Notes under the pieces: generated by a model | Seen by the model: only the letters and a program-made list of their open reading frames with translations | Database searches by the model: none | Told to the model about the DNA's origin: nothing | Assembly (NCBI RefSeq): GCF_006345805.1 | Contig: NC_042998.1 | Coordinates: 71,486,001 to 71,550,000, forward strand | Length of the DNA stretch: 64,000 bases | From: Octopus sinensis | Taxonomy: Eukaryota | Direction of reading: 5' to 3' | Shown here: piece by piece, positions 25,658 through 39,507 of the stretch | How the letters are laid out: the number at the start of each line of letters is the position of its first letter | Numbering within the stretch: position 1 is the stretch's first letter | Made by a program: the position numbers and the translations under genes

Positions 25658-27026
25658 ATATATATATATATATATACCGCAGCACTTAGATACAGTCAAA
25701 ACACGATTTCAGTTATGCATAATTACACATGATACATGCACTCTTATTTTATGGTCTTACAAAGGCGGTTTTATAAAAGCTAGTGAACTTGGATTCATTT
25801 TAGTTATTTCCCAGGAGACACGGTTACTCTTTCCGTTCAATGAATGGACCGAATGTCGATGATTACTTTTATATCATGGTAAAATATGTCTACTTATATA
25901 TATATTTTTCTTTCAGTGGATTTTTATCTAGTTACTCTATAAAGTTATGATATCCAATTATAGCGTTGTAAACGATTATTTAATTTTTCAGTAGCATTAA
26001 CATCTCAGCGATTATGCTTAACGATTTTTTCTTGTTTTTATGCTTACGTATGAACACGCAAATATATTTCAGAGTATCTAAACGCCGATACCAAAGCAGA
26101 TTTTCTAAGTACCCACTAGCAGCATTAATTGACGTACATTACAGAGGTATTATCTTAAAACATATAATAATTTCCTTCGGAACCAGTGCCGCGTTCCAGG
26201 AATTATCAATTCTCGCCATGAGAGAATACCGAGAAGGAGGATGATGACAAAAATTTCGGCTATGTTTATTTCTAGTTTCCCTGAGATATCCGAACAACTA
26301 CTGCTGAGCTTTGTATCTATCATTCTAAGTAACAGGATTAGTAGTAAAGACAACAAACTGCCAAGAGTAAAGACATTTTAAACTGAAATTTCATTTTGCA
26401 ATATTCTGGATAAATTTTACAATAGAAATTAAAAAATATATATATATCTAGTGAGTAAATTATCTTCGTAGAAATCCCAACAGAAAAATAATTCTGAAGA
26501 ACAGATATTTTTAGAAAATTCAAACTTAGACATCGCATTAAACTTTCCAAATACGATTGAACTCCCACGACAATACCCTTATCAATAATATGTCTATTTT
26601 CTTCTTTCTGTGGTTCCCGTGAAGCTTTGGTTGTCACAGAATCATAGCTATTTTAGGTGATTGACGAAATTTAGATTGTATACTGCGTTTGAACGTATGT
26701 CAAATGGGTAATTTAATGTTCAAGTTAAGATAATGAAAATAAACATTCTTTGAAATATATTTTACAATTTAATTTTCATGCAGAATATACGCACACTCAT
26801 GAAATAGACAGTTTCATGAAACAAACAGCATGAAATACGATTTATCCGTAAAACCATTAAATACTATTATAGATTCACATATATAATGTAAAAAGCGCTG
26901 GAATGTGACTTAAAGTTTCCCTTGGCTCGAGCATAATATGAGAGAATCCAGATTTGAAGTCGAAATGAACTCATATCTATCGACCTATCTATCTCGCTCT
27001 CTGTCTCCTCCCCACCCTCTCTAACT

Positions 27027-27028
<2 letters not shown>
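24127..27028. repeat. Recent ~1.55-kb tandem duplication bounded by microsatellites
   Basis: 24127-25495 and 25676-27028 are near-identical (offset 1549 at the start). Each copy is preceded by a (TACA)n(CA)n(TA)n array. Copy 1 carries ~15 extra nt near 25077-25091. Confidence 0.93.
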
Positions 27029-27064
<36 letters not shown>

Positions 27065-27572
27065 TTGATAGATAGATAAATAAATATACTACTGCACGTC
27101 GATATGAAATATTACCACTGTAGGTGGACGTACAATGTTGAAAATATACGTCTGTAGCAGTGGCTTATGGAAATCAGCCAAGCAGCGGCTGGTAACATTG
27201 CTAGATACATTTCTTTAAGATGTAAAATAAAAAAAATACAGAAAGAAGCTGAAGGCTAGAAAGAAGAATGGTATGCGTGTCTACGAGGAAGAATTTTAAG
27301 CTTGCTCATACGCGCGCGAACACACACACAGGCACAAACACCCAAACACACAACACAAACACATTTAATTATTGATTAAAAGCAGCCCTCGTATTATAAA
27401 CTTTATCGCTTGCTTGTACTGCTTGTTCGTCAATCCGTGCCCTATAGTGATCTAGGTACGACTTCCTTTTAACACGTAATACTATTAGGGACGTATCTTT
27501 AGAGAGCTGTAACGGCAGAAAACAGGCGAACGAGCAAAACACATCCATTGAGTACATTTATATATATATATA

Positions 27573-27606
<34 letters not shown>

Positions 27607-27608
<2 letters not shown>

Positions 27609-27778
27609 GGCGCATGGCCCATTGGTTAGAGCGTTGAGCTTACGATCGTGAGATTGTAAGTTCGATTCCCAGATCGTGCCGTGTGTTGTGTTCTTGAGCA
27701 AGACACTTTATTTCATATTGCTCCAATTCACTCAGCTGTAGAAATGAGTTGCGATATCACTTGCACCGAGTTATGCCG
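27607..27778 (+). mobile_element. tRNA-derived SINE family C, 5' part
   Basis: GGCGCATGGCCCATTGGTTAGAGCG...GTTCGATTCCC (A/B boxes), then TGTTGTGTTCTTGAGCAAGACACTTTATTTC; same family as 49706-50041. Confidence 0.82.
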
Positions 27779-27880
27779 ATATAATATAGGATAAATTTAG
27801 TAATAATAATCATAATAATTCTTGGTTGGAATTTTACAAATATTTTAATTCATCGCTTGCGCACTTTTCCACTATTTACC

Positions 27881-28090
27881 TGTTGCTTAAGATTATATTC
27901 CGTATTCCTGAGCTGATCATAGTGAAGTCCGTCGTATCAGTGGCCATCGGGTAGATCATGTTCATGCATTCATTTATTGAGTGCATGAATATGAAAATGA
28001 ATGCATGAACATGGTCTACCCAATTTCCATGGATACTACGGAATGCACAGTAATCATCTCAGGAATACGGACTACGATCTTAAGAAACAT
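27881..28090. repeat. Degenerate ~210-bp fold-back (MITE-like) element
   Basis: Matching inverted blocks CTTAAGAT/ATCTTAAG, CCGTATTCCTGAG/CTCAGGAATACGG, GGGTAGATCATGTTCATGCATTCATTT/AAATGAATGCATGAACATGGTCTACCC around a ~19-nt loop. Confidence 0.8.
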
Positions 28091-29100
28091 GTAACTTGTG
28101 GTAACGTGAGTAGCGAGGCATTACAATATTTATAAATTACCTCCAAGTAATATTGTTGTTGTTACTATGCATAGGTTTACTCACAGTTTTGGCGATGCAA
28201 ACGGGAAACATAGAACTTAGAATATAAGTATATGTATATTTTTAGTAACATTTAGCTGAAGTAACAGAGTGACTCAAGATTCGAGAGATTCGTGACTTTA
28301 CACATATCCGACTAGTTTGATAATCTGTAGAAAAATAGGTATTAATACCCTTACAAAGTGGAAAACGTTACCAACAAACAACCATGGGAGTCGAACCCAT
28401 GTAAATGCTTTATCATTAAGCTAAGCTGCCTGCTGACAACATTTCTGCCGATTTAAAACGCTACATAGATAGCTTATTGAAATGTAACAATCACCTGTGT
28501 ATATAAACAGACTTACATTAGCTTTTTTTCGGAAGTTTCGAATACATATCATTTGATACAGACAAGAAAGTGATATTTCGAACGCCATATCGCCATTACA
28601 ACAGCAGAAAGATGGGTTGGAGGGCAGTTCAGCTTAATGGTAACACACTCAGTCGATGTGTTGGGAGATTCGAATCTCATTGCTCTTTGTTGACAAATTT
28701 TTCCGCTTAGCATGGTTATTAATACCCAATGTTTTTGCTATTTTAACGGCGAGACTGAGTTTGAAAATATAGCTTTCATGTATATATATATATATTATAT
28801 ATATATATATATATATACATTCCCAGTATATACTTATGCATTAACAAATTGAGTATGTTAGATTGTGTTAAATACAACAATGCTAAGGTCTACTTCGGGT
28901 TATGGGAAATATGGGCATGCACAAATATCAGAGGAGAATGCAGTCTAGATTACAATAAATATTAATAGTTGCTTGCTAGAATAAGTAAAACTCTCTATGC
29001 GCAAGTGACCTGTATAATTTGTATTTATTTTTCAATATGGTATTTCGTAGGGTATATCGTTGTTCTTCAATGTCTGTTTTTTGTTTTTTTTTGTTTTCAG

Positions 29101-29125
29101 AAGAGATGGAAATATGGATAGAACG
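29101..29125 (+). CDS. Candidate 25-nt microexon
   Basis: Strong acceptor (TTTTTTGTTTTTTTTTGTTTTCAG ending at 29100) and donor ACG|GTAAAT; open readings EMEIWIE or RDGNMDRT. Confidence 0.25.
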
Positions 29126-29336
29126 GTAAATGCCTTAGTATATTTCGCCGTTATTTCTGAAAATTTACATACTATTCACAAAAGCAATTTCAGTCTAGAG
29201 AGGCAACATTAGGATGAACATAGTTGCAAATAATTTTTACTTGTCTTGTTTTTTAGCTAAGTTAGATGACACTCTTGTGGACGAGATTAAGCGTCGACGT
29301 GTAAGTATAGAATATTAATATATTTATATTAATATA

Positions 29337-29451
29337 AACGCTGGCAGAACCGTTAGTAAACTGGGTAAAAAAAAAATCTCTTGTAACATTTCGCACCTCT
29401 TTTAATTTCTGTAATTCGAATTCTGCCGAGGTCGACTTTCCCTTCCCCATG

Positions 29452-29505
<54 letters not shown>

Positions 29506-29905
29506 GTTGTTGTTGTTGTTGTTATTTTTTCAGACTCGATGAAATACCTGATGAGTACTGGAAATCAATACTAGGATGGTGAGCTGGCCTTTCATCCTTT
29601 CGGGGTCAATAAAATAAGTAGCAGTTGATCCATGCAATCGCTTTAGCCTTTGCCTCACCAAACCGCTGGCCTTGTGCCAAAATATGAAACCAATATTAGG
29701 GCGGTGAGCTGGCAGAATCGTTAGCACGCAGGGCAATATGCGTAGCAGCATTTCGACCATCTATACTTTCTGAATTCAACTTTCGTCGAGGTCCACTTTT
29801 CCTTTCATTCAGCGTCGGTAAAATAAATACTCGTTTGAACACTAGGGACGATTTAATGGATTTTACTTCTCGAAATTGCTATTATTGTATAACAATTTGA
29901 AACCA
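29337..29905 (+). mobile_element. Cluster of SINE family B copies/fragments around a (TAT)n tract
   Basis: GCTGGCAGAACCGTTAG (29340), CCTTTCATCCTTTCGGGGTCAAT (29588) and GGCGGTGAGCTGGCAGAATCGTTAGCACG (29700). Confidence 0.75.
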
Positions 29906-30740
29906 ATATTCTAATTTAACAGTTCCAGAAAGCGGTAGACAGATAGAAAATTTAGACCGTCAGAGCAAAAAAGAAAAAAAAGAAGAAAAGAACGAAAGAT
30001 AACTTCTTATTTATCAAGGGGCCTTACATTCTGAATGGAAATCGAAACACCGAAGGCTATTGCCTTTATCTCTCCGGTTGAAAGGAGATAAAATACGGCC
30101 CAAGCAATCGATTAAAATGTTACCTTCAAAGGTGCTTGTTCAATGCTGCATTTAGTTTAGGTGAGTCAGTTCATTACTTTCAAATTATATATCAGTATTG
30201 GATCATAGATCGCATATTAACAAAAATATAGTTTCCATTGCTTTCTGTCTATTGGTATTTTGATATTTTTTTCTTTAAATGTTTATTTATAGCACTAAAT
30301 TAATACAAGTATATTCCACTGTCAGAGGAGATCTGACGTTACATACACGCAGCATAGACTTTTTGTAAGGTCAATATCTTGAATACATACGTTACAATTT
30401 TTTCTACTACATTGCTTCCTTTATTGAACTAAGATTTTGTTTCCTTCTCGATAAAGAATTTCACACAAAAAATGCACACACCTATATACATAGACATATT
30501 TGTATAACTTTTATATACATTATGCATACATACACATACATGCATGCTTTGTAATGGATGACTTAGAACTTAAAATATACCAATCATCACAACATAAACA
30601 TGTCACCTCATGTCATTGCTATTTAGATGATCCCCTTATACTTAGGAAAGATAGCATGCCCAAACTCCTCCATTTCAAAATTATGCTCAACAATATGAAT
30701 AGTAATATGTAATTCAACATATAATATATATATATATATC

Positions 30741-32671
30741 ACTAGAGATTAAAAAAACCATAGCCTCCAAAATAATATGATGTCTATCATCAATAGTCAG
30801 AGAAGAGCCGAAGAGGTCTGGGCCATTGAGAAGATCAAACATAGTCCCAAAGTGTTCTTTTCATTTGCAAGAAAAACCACAGTCACTGGCTCTACTGTTG
30901 GCTCTCTGACTGATGAAAATAGCACTCTTCAAGACAATGCCAAAACCATGGGAGAGATGCTGCAGAAACAATACTGCTCTGTTTTTAGCAATCCCGGTGT
31001 GGCTGATCTGGGCTGTATCAGTGATGTTACTCTCCAATACACCTTATCGGACATACATAACCTTTGGCGCCCCTGATGTCTTAGGAGCAATAAAGGAAAT
31101 GAAGCATAATTCAGCAGTAGGTCCCAATATATTCCCTGCTTGTGTCTTGAAGATGTGTCAACACCAACTTGCACACCTCTAGCCAATCTGTGGCAGAATT
31201 CACTGCATGTTGGATATATACCAGAAAACCTTCTATCCCAGTCTGTTGTCCCAGTTTTCAAAAAGGGAAAGAAATCCCTGGCCGTGAATTACCGTGCAAT
31301 CTCACTCACCCCTCATATCATTAAGCTATTTGAGAGAGTGGTGAGATCGCGATTGACTCACTTCCTTGAGAGTAATAATATGCTGAACTCCAACCAGCAC
31401 GGATTCTGTAACGGAAGGGATTGCCTGACCTAGCTACTGCATCATTTTGATCACATTTTGAGAGCATTGGGAGAGGGTTCCAACAGTGATGTTATCTACC
31501 TTGATTTCAGCAAGGCATTTGACAGGGTTGATCATAATATCCTTTTGAGAAAGCTGTCCAATATTGGTGTCACTTGAAGGCTGCTGCAGTAGATCAAGTG
31601 CTTCCTGTCAAACAGAGCCGAACATCTTGTAATCAGAGTCAAATCCAGTCCAGCCAAAGTTAGTAGTGGTGTCCTGCAAGGTACTGTGTTGGGCCCACTT
31701 CTCTTCATCATCTATATAAATGACATTACTGATATCATCAAACACAGGAACTTCGTTGATGGTTTCAAGCTCCAGAAGGTCATCAATAGTGTGGATGACC
31801 GTATAAGCCTTCAGTCAGACCTACTGGCTGTTGTCCAATGGGCGGAAAAGAACACGTTACTAAACGAAGGCAAATTCGAACTGATCCACTTCGGAAGGGA
31901 GGATGCTCTGAAAGTCCCATACTCCCTTCCTTCTGGTGAAAATCTCATGGCATCTAACAACATCAGAGACTTGGGAGTAACTGTGGACAACAACATAAGT
32001 TGGGCTACAAATATAAGCAGCAAAGTTGACATGGACCGCAGAATGTGTTCCAGGATTATCAGAACCTGCCAGTCGAGAGATTCCCACACCATTATATTTC
32101 TCTTCTCCACTTTTTCCCGACCCCATCCTGAATACTGTTGTCCACTGTGGTCTTCCCACACGAAACAAAACATTATGAAAATTGAAGCTCCCCAAAGGTC
32201 AATCACGAAAAAGATATATGGCATGTCAGATCTCCACTACTGGGGTTGACTAGAAAATCTGAAACTCTGTTCACTCCAGCAACGCCGTGAACGCTACGTT
32301 ATCTGTATGATGGGGAAAATATTCTATCAGCACTGTCCAAATGATGTTGGCATCACCTTCAAAATATACCCAAGACTTGGACCCCGTGCCATTCGTCCAC
32401 CACAAAAATCTAAATCTTATCGCATAGCAACAATACAGGCCAATTATTTCATCTCAATTGGCCCCGCTCTCTATAACACTAAACCAGGACACGTCAAAAC
32501 AGAAACTGACCACACAAAATTCTATCCGGATATGTCTCTGCAAACAATAATTCTCTTCTCGAATAGGCCTTGTTGCCCAAATCCTGAATTGAAAGTCTTC
32601 GCCAGGTGGTGCTGTTAAGTTAGACATGGCCTGGGCTAAAACTGGCCGAAACCTTTCTAAGTTATTCTAAG
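30741..32671 (+). mobile_element. 5'-truncated CR1/L2-group LINE (RT pseudogene) with intact 3' tail
   Basis: Motifs PVFKKGKKSLAVNYRAISLT, NQHGFCNGRDCLT, YLDFSKAFDRVDH, SGVLQGTVLGPLLFIIYINDI, NKGKFELIHFG-like and IRDLGVTVD, with stops and frameshifts. Ends in a TTCTAAG repeat tail (32655-32671). Confidence 0.92.
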
Positions 32672-32689
32672 CTATATATATGCATATAG

Positions 32690-32733
<44 letters not shown>

Positions 32734-32739
32734 TGATTA

Positions 32740-32882
32740 CTTATTTTCACCGGCTGAGTGGAGTGGAGCAATGTGAATTGAAGCCTTTTGCCTAAGAACA
32801 CAAGGCATCATCCGGTCCGGGAATTGAAACCACATTCTTGCGATCAGGAACACAACACTGTAACCACTAAGCGACGCGCCTA
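32740..32882 (-). mobile_element. SINE family C, 5' part
   Basis: Reverse complement GGCGCGTCGCTTAGTGGTTACAGTG...GTTTCAATTCCCGGACCGGATGATGCCTTGTGTTCTTAGGCAAAAGGC. Confidence 0.7.
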
Positions 32883-33295
32883 CACACACACTTGGTGTAT
32901 ATACATATACACATGGGTATGCAGATCTGTGTCTATACATTGTGTTGGAGGCGTAACGAGTCAATGTGTTAAAAGATCACATTGGCATTAATATAAGGAA
33001 TTTATTGACCAGAAAGATTACACTGAATTTCGTATTCAAAGAGATTAACGCTGTCTCGAAAGAAATGAACTATAATTTACAAAAAGAATTGCCAGGCTAC
33101 AATAATATTTGTCTTTGCTTCATTTAAGTACGAAGAAACTTTTTGAGAAAAATAAATACTTGCATACAAAAATAATATGTACTTATACGTATACGCATCA
33201 TTAATTTGAAGTTGCAGAATACTTTATAATATAATTCATACTCCAGAAAAATCAATTGCATTGCATTTAAAAACAACATTACTAAATAAGGGCTA

Positions 33296-33331
<36 letters not shown>

Positions 33332-33332
33332 G

Positions 33333-33375
<43 letters not shown>

Positions 33376-35465
33376 ATTATTATTATTATTATCATTATTA
33401 TTATTATTATCATCATCATGATCAGTGTTGTTGCTATTATTATTCATCCATTACACGCTATTGATACTGTAACCGGTTTAATTAGGCTTCTTATTGAACC
33501 ACAAATGAGGAGCATAATTTTGTACCATCTTTACGTGAGGTATTGCTCTTCTCGTATCCTTTGTTACAATTAACCGTGTATCTTTTGTTACAATTTACCG
33601 GATAATTTTTGTTGAATCTTGTAGGGAGGTTCTCTACCCGCGTTCTCTAGTCCTAAAAGTAAATTATTTCTTTGAACAACTGCCGATTTCTACAAATGTT
33701 TGTTTAGAATCTCACATCTCATGCACACAGAAATTTCTAAAATATGACTGTATTTTCACATTGCGCATTGAAATCGCAGTAGAGGTTCAGATATAATGCA
33801 ATAATGACTGAAGATATATTACTTTGCACGGAGAACTGTTCTTCATCGTTAGCCTCAATGATCAAATGATCAAATTCCATTGCGATTTTCTTCCCATAAT
33901 TGTTCACGTCTTTGCACTAAGACTTGTCAATCTGTCACAAGCGTAGGTTTTTCACGTTAGTTCATTCGCAAAAGTAAATTATTGACATATAATTTTAATA
34001 CTTTATAAGAATGAAAAGCGGGAAAAAAGGAGAGGTGGAATAGGAAATGGATTCATGTATTAACTAATGAATGGTATATATTTATACATCACCACAAAAT
34101 CTACAGTTCCTTGATAAGCTCTAACACCAAGCATCAAGAATAAATCCAGAAGACGCCTGGCACCTTCGTTTAGGTAGTAAATGCATTTTATATACTTAGA
34201 AAATTATTATACGTAATACATTTGCGTAGTTTACAAATTATTAACGTATCCTTATATTGTACCATCATACAGGCGATTCCTTCCAGATTTAAAAAAAATA
34301 AATGTGTATTCGTCCATTTTGATCTCTACCAATTTGGTTTGCAGTCGCGAGCACTAAATTTGACTTCCAGCATATTGGAAATGTGAGTGTATTAGTATAA
34401 GTATAAGTATAAGTGTGTGTCTTTGTGTATGTGTACGTGACTAATTGAACGCCTTGTCAACTTTCAAATCATTGTTATTTTTTCTATACAACATACCGAA
34501 TTACAAAAGCAAAATTAATTTAGTGCTGAGATGAAGTTTAATTATAATCTTCGATAGTCGACACAATCTGCCAAATATTTGGGTGAAGTGTACTTACCGC
34601 CATCCTTCAGATTGAGTGACTGAATACAATTTCTAAAGATAATTTAAACTGTGGAACGGAAACGAAGTAAATTTATTGTAACAATTCTGTTCGTAAGAAC
34701 GTGTTGAATATTACTTCTTATATTTGAATATTGCTTCTTATACTTTAATTAAATTGCCATTCGTTTCCTAATTAGTATCAAAATTGTAGAAAACATATAT
34801 ATGATAAAACGTATGTTTAGTGCTATATTTCACACATAATCATTGGAGCTTATATTTAACACTCGCAAGTCTAGCAAAATATATTTTATAACCCATCTTT
34901 ATCTGTTTCTTTTACCATTATAACGATCGTAGGGAAATGATTTTTCCGGCTTGTGCCTTGCAATATTTGTAATTGTAATGACAATAATATTTCTTAATGA
35001 CAACAAAATTTACCGTACTTGTAATTATAGTTTGCTAATTGAACTGTATACGTTTTCTACTGACATTTAAACGCTGATACGTTTCGCTTGAATATGTTTT
35101 AATTGGGTTTTATTGGCGCAATTCACAAATTTGAAGAGGACTTCTATGAATGGAATTTGACAAAACTAACATGAGATGGTTGAAAAAGTACTAGTTGATA
35201 AAAGAAACACTCAGTTATGATTAATGAAAGCAAAAAGAAAGGTTGCCATATTAAATCACTCAGGTTAGCAACGTTAACGAATTAATGGTCATAAAATCTG
35301 TTGCTGTGGATTGTTTTATGGACGAGTCTGACCTAGAGTTATAGCAACTACTGATGCAACAATTAGTAAAAGGCAATTACCATTTTCATTATTGAGGGTA
35401 GCAGCACGGTCCAATCGTTATAATGGTTTCAGTAACTCTGATACTGTTTGTTTCTTCATTTATAG

Positions 35466-35533
35466 CCTTACAGAACTATAATTATGTCCGTATGGGTCCT
35501 GATGAATGGAAGGAATGGGCTAGTGATATTTAA
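35466..35533 (+). CDS. Candidate terminal coding exon (LQNYNYVRMGPDEWKEWASDI*)
   Basis: Acceptor TGTTTGTTTCTTCATTTATAG (alternative TTACAG at 35473); protein-like open frame to TAA 35531-35533; not recognised. Confidence 0.25.
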
Positions 35534-36548
35534 AGCTTTTGATTTTACCAATTTTGTTTTCATTTCATCTCTTAAAAATCAACCATATTCTCTTCTTTTT
35601 CGAATTTGATCGCATAATTAAAAACAAAATAAGAGAAACATGAATAACCAAACGTATCGAAGCTACATGAAAGTAAAAGGTATTTCAAACACAAAATATT
35701 CTCTTTAATGTTTTGTCAAATTAAGAACACAGCAATATAATAAATTAATGAAGAAGAGTAATACAAAAATTAAAGAAGGTCTAAATTTCATTTCCGAAGT
35801 GTTTATTACCTTAATTGCTGTACTTTTATTTGGAATATTTCTTTTTATCCTCTGATGGAGAATAATATTTAATCTCACGAAAATAGTAAATTAATCAGTT
35901 ATTGAATAAAGTAATTAACTTCTTTATTAAGAAATAATTTTAAATTGAAAATTGGTTCCTATTACTGTATCAAGCAATTTACAATATTGAATTAGGAAAT
36001 AAATATACCAAGTTATTGATTGAATAAATAAATTATATATAACTAATGTAGTGCCAGTACCCATTATCTATTATTGTACGTTATTGAAATAGTCTGCAAA
36101 ACAAAATGTTAAAGGTACTGTGAAACATTTTGAAAATATCAGAACGGTTATTTCACTTTTGTACGGTGTTCCAGAACAGTAAACTTTTCTCGATACTTAT
36201 TTCCGTTTCTCACTGCATTAAATACATATAACCTTATGATGGTAGAAATATTGAAACGTCTACTTATCGACATTTATAATGAAGAATGTAAACCTCTGAG
36301 ATATAAAAAAGGAAGTGTTTATGACAGGTTTTCATAGACAATTGAAGGTCTTCGGAGAAAAAATTTTTCTCATAAGATAAATATCGATCGGTGTCTGAAA
36401 CTCCATAATTTATAGTAATGATATCATGTGAGTTACATATAATGAGAAATATTTATTGCAAATGTTGTGCACTGAGACACATGGGCTTTTATTTTAATAG
36501 TATATGTGTGTGTTTATATGTATATATGTGTTTATATGTATATATATA

Positions 36549-36589
<41 letters not shown>

Positions 36590-36805
36590 CCGACGTTGTC
36601 GCCCCCATTTCGACTGCAGAAAGAAAAATATAATATATAGACACAGCAAATATCCTTCGGTCACTGCTGACACCTATCCATGAGAGACAATTCTTCCTTC
36701 TCTACCCGAAAATGCCTCATTCTCCGTCATCACTTATTCGTTCGAGTTCTTTTCTTATCACCTAGAGAACCAGTGACATTGCTTTATCTTCACCATAAAA
36801 AAGTT

Positions 36806-36950
36806 TATATGCTTTCGGACAGCATATTTGAAGAGTCGTCAGTATAGCCAAGTGCAAAAAGGCAGCCCGAAATCGTCGGTAACATTCTGACGAGTTATGT
36901 GCTATAAACAAGTATGTACATCTCGACTATATATACATATCTGTGGTGTG

Positions 36951-36983
<33 letters not shown>

Positions 36984-37335
36984 GAGAGGGAGGGAGAGAA
37001 TACAGACATATATATTACTATTACTATTAATATATATATATATGTGTGTGTGTGTCTGTATCCTCTCTCTCTCTACACACACACCACAGATATGTATATA
37101 TATATTTCATTAATACCCACAAGGGGCTAAACATAGAGGCAACAAACAAGGACAGACAAAGGGATTAAGTCGATTACATCGACCCCAGTGCAAAACTGGT
37201 ACTTTATTTATCGATCCCGAAAGGGATGAAAGGTAAAGTCGACCTTAGCGTAATTTGAAATCAGAACGTAACGACAGACGAATTACCGCTAAGCATTTAG
37301 CCCGGCGTGCTAACGATTCTGCTAGCTCGCCGCCT

Positions 37336-37370
<35 letters not shown>

Positions 37371-37620
37371 AAGGCAAAGTCGACCTTAGCGTAATTTGAA
37401 ATCAGAACGTAACGACAGACGAATTACCGCTAAGCATTTCGCCCGGCGCGCTAACGTTTCTGCCAGCTCACCACCGTCAACAGATATGTATATATAGTCG
37501 AGTTGTACATACTTGGTAATCGCACATAACCCTTCAGAATGTTACCGACGATTTCGTGCTGCCTTTTTGCAATTGGTTATACTGACGACTCTTCAGATAT
37601 GCTGTCCGAAATCGCATATA
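36806..37620. repeat. Long palindrome whose right arm is interrupted by a SINE B insertion
   Basis: 36806-36944 is the reverse complement of 37480-37620, and 36930-37000 pairs with 37035-37100. The insert 37102-37479 is flanked by the direct repeat ACAGATATGTATATATA. Confidence 0.85.
37102..37479 (-). mobile_element. SINE family B composite (duplicated head) with ~17-bp TSD
   Basis: Two tandem AAAGTCGACCTTAGCGTAATTTGAAATCAGAACG...CCCGGCG..CTAACG blocks separated by (TAA)n; TSD ACAGATATGTATATATA. Confidence 0.8.
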
Positions 37621-38058
37621 CTCTTCACGCCTATATATATATATATTATATATATATATATATAGATAGATAGATAGATAGATAGATAGATTGATAGATA
37701 GTTATACATACATACCTACATACATATATGTGTGTGTGTGTGTGTAATTTTTGCTGAGCGTAGCACTCTAGCAGGTAATGGAACAAAACTCTTTTCATAG
37801 TGGCTTTTTCAATAACCGTTTTCTCTCTTGATTTAGGAAGGTATATTTTTTTATATATAATTTTGCGATTGAGATTTCAAAATTCCACCCCCACTGTCAC
37901 AAATGTACGCATATTTCGCAGAAGTAACTAGATACAGACAATATTAGTTGCCTTATGAACAATGTTATCGAACTGAAATAGAAATAAAGTTATTAAAGCG
38001 ACTACAAAATTCAAAGTCAATTTTTTTTAAGAATAACAACATCGGCAATGTTATTGTA

Positions 38059-38094
<36 letters not shown>

Positions 38095-38097
<3 letters not shown>

Positions 38098-38353
38098 CCT
38101 TTCAACTCTAGGAACAAGCCTGAAATTTGGGGGAGGCTATGGTCGATTATATCGACCCCAATCCTCAAATGGTGCTTAATTTATCGGCCCCAAAAGGATG
38201 AAAGCAAAGTCGACCTCGGCAGAATTTGAACACGGAACGTAGCGGCGACCAAAATACAGCTAAGCAATTCGCCCGGTGTGGTAACGATTCTGCCAGCTCA
38301 CCGCCATCCTTATAATGGTAAAAACAATAATAATAATAATTATTATTATATTA

Positions 38354-38391
<38 letters not shown>

Positions 38392-38865
38392 TGTCTCCAT
38401 AGGAGTAACCTTAAATATGATTTTAAAACATGTTAAATAATTATTTACAAGAATGTAATATATATTTCTTTGTGCACACAGGGGAGCAAACATAGAGGGA
38501 TAAACAAGGACAGACAAAGGGGTTAAGTCGATTACATCGACCCCACTGTGTAACTGGATCTTATTTAATCGACCTCGAAAGGATGAAAGGTAAATTCAAC
38601 CTCGGCGTAATTTCAACTCAGAAAGTAGCGGCAGAAAAAATACCTATTTCTTCACTACCCAGAAGGGGCTAAACGCGGAGAGGACAAACAAGGACAGACA
38701 AACGGATTATTTCGATTATATGGCCCCCAGTGCGTAACTGCTAGTTATTTAATCGACCCCGAAAGGATGAAAGGCAGAGTCGACCTCGGCAGAATTCGAA
38801 CGCAGCGACAGAAGAAATACTGCTAAGCATTTCGCTCAGCGTGCTAACGTTTCTGCCAGCTCGGA
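38095..38865 (-). mobile_element. Cluster of SINE family B copies separated by (TAA)n
   Basis: Repeated ATCGACCCCGAAAGGATGAAAGGCAAAGTCGACCTCGGC-type blocks at ~38150, ~38570 and ~38755. Confidence 0.82.
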
Positions 38866-39103
38866 ATGTAATGTTTTACTGTACATGAATCTCCGTTCAT
38901 AGAATCACATACATCATTCTAGCCGCAAAACAAGAACGATATAAGAAAATGCAAGAAATGATGTAATGCTTAAACAGTATTAAGTTCCTTCACAGTTGTA
39001 GATTCCTTGCTTCTGCGTCGTTTCCTAATCTTTTATTTCAATAGCACTGAGTAGTCAATAATATGATATCGTAGGAATGACATCTCTAATGTTCTGGTTA
39101 CTC

Positions 39104-39507
<404 letters not shown>

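Noticed and set aside
27607-27680. tRNA-like sequences with A/B boxes (also ~49965-50041 and family A/B heads)
   Set aside because: They continue into SINE bodies and lack a proper acceptor stem; they are SINE heads, not tRNA genes.
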